A stretch of DNA of 64,000 nucleotides from the human T2T-CHM13v2.0 reference genome, Homo sapiens: NCBI RefSeq assembly GCF_009914755.1, contig NC_060925.1; one strand, written 5' to 3'. Below are positions 60,158 through 64,000 of this stretch, piece by piece. The notes under the pieces are model-generated. The model worked only from the letters and a program-made list of their open reading frames with translations. It had not been told where the DNA came from and did no database searches. The position numbers and the translations under genes are program-made. Within the stretch, counting starts at the first letter, position 1. The number at the start of each line of letters is the position of its first letter.

Positions 60158-61818
60158 TACGATGATTTTCTAGCTTCTATTGCAATTCCTTCTTGTATTC
60201 CAGAATATGTTGTCAAGCTGTATGAACATAAATGTTGGTTTTGACTTGCTCTTCACAGCCAAGGCTGATTGGATTATTCATTGATCACCTTTTCTGGAAT
60301 AAGGATAGGCAAATTGAAAAGAAAAAGTGACTTACCTATTAAGAGCCACTATATATTTTCTAAATATAGACTTTAACACCCTCCTTTGCTCTCTGTTTCT
60401 TTTTCTATCTCCCCTCACTTCAACTCTACTACTCTTACTATCCTGCCACCCTGAGGTTTCATAGATGCCAACAGGCAAAACTGAGAAAGCAGAAGCCCTT
60501 TCCAATCTCTGCTTTTAAGCCAGATAGTGCCTGAAATTCAATATCCATTAAGATTACACCTTACTGCTGCTTATTTTAAGGAGACTTAATATGTCTTTTT
60601 TGCCAAAAAAGAAAAAAACTCCTGTATGAATTTCCCTTAAAACAAAATTTCCAGTCTTATCATTCTTAATTCCCCATTAGTCATTTGATTAGGATGAACT
60701 GCTCATTAAGTCAGGTAGCTGTGCTGTTGCCTATGCAGGGTGCAGGAGGAAGTGTCATTAACACATACATTATTGGCACTGAGCACTCAAAGTGGTCCAG
60801 AGACACTCTCTCACTTCCAAGTCAATAATGAGATAGAGCAAATAGAGTCTAAAAAGGCAGAGAAGGAGCTCACAAGTTAAATTTTCTGCTTTCTATGTTA
60901 AGGGAAGCCAAGCAAATCCCTATAGGTGACTTCTGCACTCACAACATTTCTCTTGATAAGGAAGGAAAGATGGAGTCTTCAGAGTTATACTCTTCTGGGT
61001 TCAAATTCCAGCTCAGCTGCTTAGAACTGTGTGGTCAGAGGCAAATAACTTTACTTCTTTTCCCTCTGTTCCTGTCAATCTAATAAAAAGAGAAATGTCT
61101 GCTTGCTTCCCCCTGGGTTGTTGGCAGAATTAAATGAGATACTGTGTGAAATATCCAGAATACTGCGCTGGTACATAGAGACTCCTGATGTTATTTACTC
61201 TTTCAGTTAATCATCCTAGAGTCAACTATCATGACAGTTGACACACATTGGACAGCATGTCATGAAGACAGTAACCTAGAACAGTAACCTGAATTGAATT
61301 AAAAGACTGCTGCCTTTTAATTGCACAGACTCAAAATTTATCATTGCCAAACAATATTGGGGTCCAGAAGAGAGATGTTTTAAACTAAGCTCATCATGCA
61401 CAGAGGCCTTCAAAGGAATCTCTAAAATCCATAAACACTAAGAACTTTGATGTATTAGCTGAAATACTGACTACATATTTAGTGATTTTGAATGAAGCTA
61501 TTCATGGATGAGGAGGGGCTGAAGAGTAAGTGTAGACAAGGGGAGAGTGTGAGGGGGTAGGGAATAAGACCTGAGAACCAGACTTAGTCCTTATTCAATT
61601 TCATCCAGCCCATGTAAGAGCAACACATCTAATTTTGTTAATGTAGTTTTTGGTCTTTACTGTTGTTGTTGCTTTTGTTTCTTCTAATGTGATATTGATG
61701 GAGTAAGTGTGAGGATAGTGTTTATATTGGCATGGCAACTGGCAACTAACTTTTAAATTATTTCCTGTAACTTAAAAGCCATAGCCAAGAAACTCACTGC
61801 CTGGGCAGAAATGGGTAG

Positions 61819-62176
61819 TGATATGGTTTGGCTGTGTCCTCACCCAAATCTCATCTTGAATTGCAGCTACCATAATTCCCATGTGTTGTGGGACGGACCT
61901 GGTGAAGGGTAACTGAATCATGGGGGTGGGTCTTTCCCACGTTGTTCTTGTGATAGTGAATAAGTCTCATGAGATCCGATGGTTTTATAAATGGGAGTTT
62001 CCCCACACAAGTTTTCTCTCTTGTCTGCCACCATGTAAGATGTGCCTTTTGCCTTCCACCATGATTGTGAGGCCTCCCCAGCCACACGGAACTGTGAGTG
62101 CATTAAACCACTTTTTTTCATAAATTACCCAGTCTCAGGTATGTCTTTATTGGCAGCATGAAAATGGACCAATACA
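61819..62176 (+). mobile_element. THE1 (C-like) solo LTR
   Basis: tgatatggtttggctgtgtcc...aataca; TSD ggtag/agtag. Confidence 0.92.
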
Positions 62177-63114
62177 AGTAGTAACAATGGGAAGAAAAAG
62201 AAGAATCTACTCATTGCCATGCTAGCAGATCAATCCAGCATAGGAGGAGGACGCACAGGAGAATGCTGAGTCTATGCTTTGGAGACAAGAGATGCAATTT
62301 GGAATACTGGCTCCACTACCCACTTCAGGATAATCATTTACTCTCTTTAAATTTCTTTGTATATAATAAATAATTACCTTATATTTTTTAATAAGTGGGA
62401 TAATATATAAAATGCTTATCACAGTACCTTGCACATAATACATGCTCAATAAGTAATAATAATAATTAACAGCAGGATAATTAAAGACTAAAGAATTTTC
62501 TCTAAAGTTAATTATTTCCTGGAAATGTTACCTCACTAAGTTTATCATCAGATGTCTTAATTCAACAAACATTAAATACTCAGATATGTCATGTCATCTG
62601 CTGTTCTGGGAAGCAGCATGGTATAGTAAAAATAACTCAGGTTCTGATGAGAAAGCAGCACTGGAATGGAATTCATGGCCCTGTCACTAAGTCAAGTCAT
62701 GAGAGCCTCAGTTTTCTCATTTATGAAAGGGGAAAGATAATCCTCACTTCTTAGGGTGGCTGGGAATAGTCAATTAATTAACATGACAAATGTCAAACAC
62801 AATGCTGGATGGAACAGATTCACAGTAAATCTTAGTTTTCTTTCCTGAACCACCCAGTGTTCATATTTTTCCATCAATCATCTCTGGATTCTGGTTTCTT
62901 CAGCTCTTGGCTTTGAATGATTATACTCCTACTGTGATAAGTTGGCCTGTGCTTTTCCTTAAATAGAAGAGTTTCTGGAGTGTGGAAATTTTGGTGGAGT
63001 CACTTCAGAGGCATCTTCCTCTGCATTCAGTGGATGCATTCAATTTGTTAATGCTGTTGACAAGCTACTGAAGAGACTGTCTCAAAGAGGTGAGTTTGCT
63101 CTGGTTCAATGATC

Positions 63115-63300
63115 CAAGGGCTTCTCAGAGTGTGATGCTGGAACAGCAGCATCACAACATCTGGGCATTTGGTAGAAATGCAAATTCTCAGGCCTACCCC
63201 AGACCTACTGGATCAGAATATCTGGGGGTGAGACCGAGAAATTTGTTCTTTTCAAATTCTGCAGGTGGTTCTGAGGCATGTTAAAGTTTGAGAAACACTG
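63115..63300. mobile_element. MER5A
   Basis: agaaatgcaaattctcaggcctaccccagacctactggatcagaa...agtttgagaaacactg. Confidence 0.85.
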
Positions 63301-63557
63301 GTTTATGCTATACCAATAAATACTCAGTACTTCCCTAATAAGGTTTTAGTATAATGCCCTCCCTCAAGGAGGAAGGATGGCCAGATGAACAAAAAAAGAT
63401 ACTGGGCCATATTGAGAATGCATAAGGAGACTCTGAAGGTAGTTAACCTTACTCTACTGGACAGGACAATGGCCATGAAGCCAGGTGAGAATGAGAGAAC
63501 CATCCCACAGATTAGCAACACCTTGATGGAAATAACTACACTCAGCTCTGAATTTCC

Positions 63558-64000
63558 TGCCAGCGGAACCGAGTAGCCCCATTTTTCTAAGAGATGGTTT
63601 AATTATTTTTTTCTCTTTCCCCACTTCTTACTTAGCCCTTTACAAATGTAAAAATACCCTTTTATCACCACCGCCCCACTCCACCAGATACTCTCTACAG
63701 GGCTAGTTCACCTAACTCCTGAAGAGTTAACAGTCAATTTAGAGACTGAACCATGTCCACTACAGAACTTTCACCCACCAGGCCACCAGGAGGTTGCCTT
63801 GAGATAGCAGCTGATTTCTATGAACTCCCCCTACCAGGAGACTGACTCAAGATATGAAACTCCATCCCACCTGGGGCGCTTTTGGCCTAGTCCTGCCCAC
63901 GAAGGTGCCAGCAGTCACCAGCTAAACCACCCAGTAGATAAGGCACCGGAGGTAACACACAGATCCCACACCCTTGCTCACTTCCTCCCCTGCCTTTTTA
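63558..64000. mobile_element. Possible ERV LTR running off the window end, family unassigned
   Basis: LTR-like composition and internal repeats only. Confidence 0.35.

Overview
Mammalian, almost certainly human, intronic DNA; two AluYa5 copies support human origin. The whole window lies inside the minus-strand KCNH1 (Kv10.1/Eag1) potassium-channel gene. It holds three internal coding exons with canonical AG/GT ends: 52065-52264 (200 nt, end of S6 and C-linker), 45606-45858 (253 nt, C-linker/CNBHD) and 23444-23640 (197 nt, CNBHD with the YNL intrinsic ligand). By recalled numbering these are exons 8-10. The rest is intron: a near full-length old L1 (about 6161-13517) with nested MER1B, THE1 and AluYa5, about 17 Alu-family elements, MaLR/ERV solo LTRs, hAT MITEs, MIR/L2 and microsatellites. 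The most unusual structure is a ~250-bp inverted repeat of apparently non-TE sequence (5130-5380 vs 5899-6149, about 77% identity by hand alignment). Its left arm carries its own ~12-bp target-site duplication, and its donor boundary falls at the first base of the L1's putative target-site duplication, suggesting a locally templated inverted insertion coupled to the L1 event. Also notable: an inverted AluY pair around exon 9, an inverted AluYa5 pair around exon 10, exon phases that would allow stop-free circles, an exon 9 donor at the position where hERG makes its USO isoform, and a tiny L1 with a possible 12-nt 3' transduction. Repeat subfamily names come from recalled consensus sequences, not a database search. 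No prokaryotic-type system is present.
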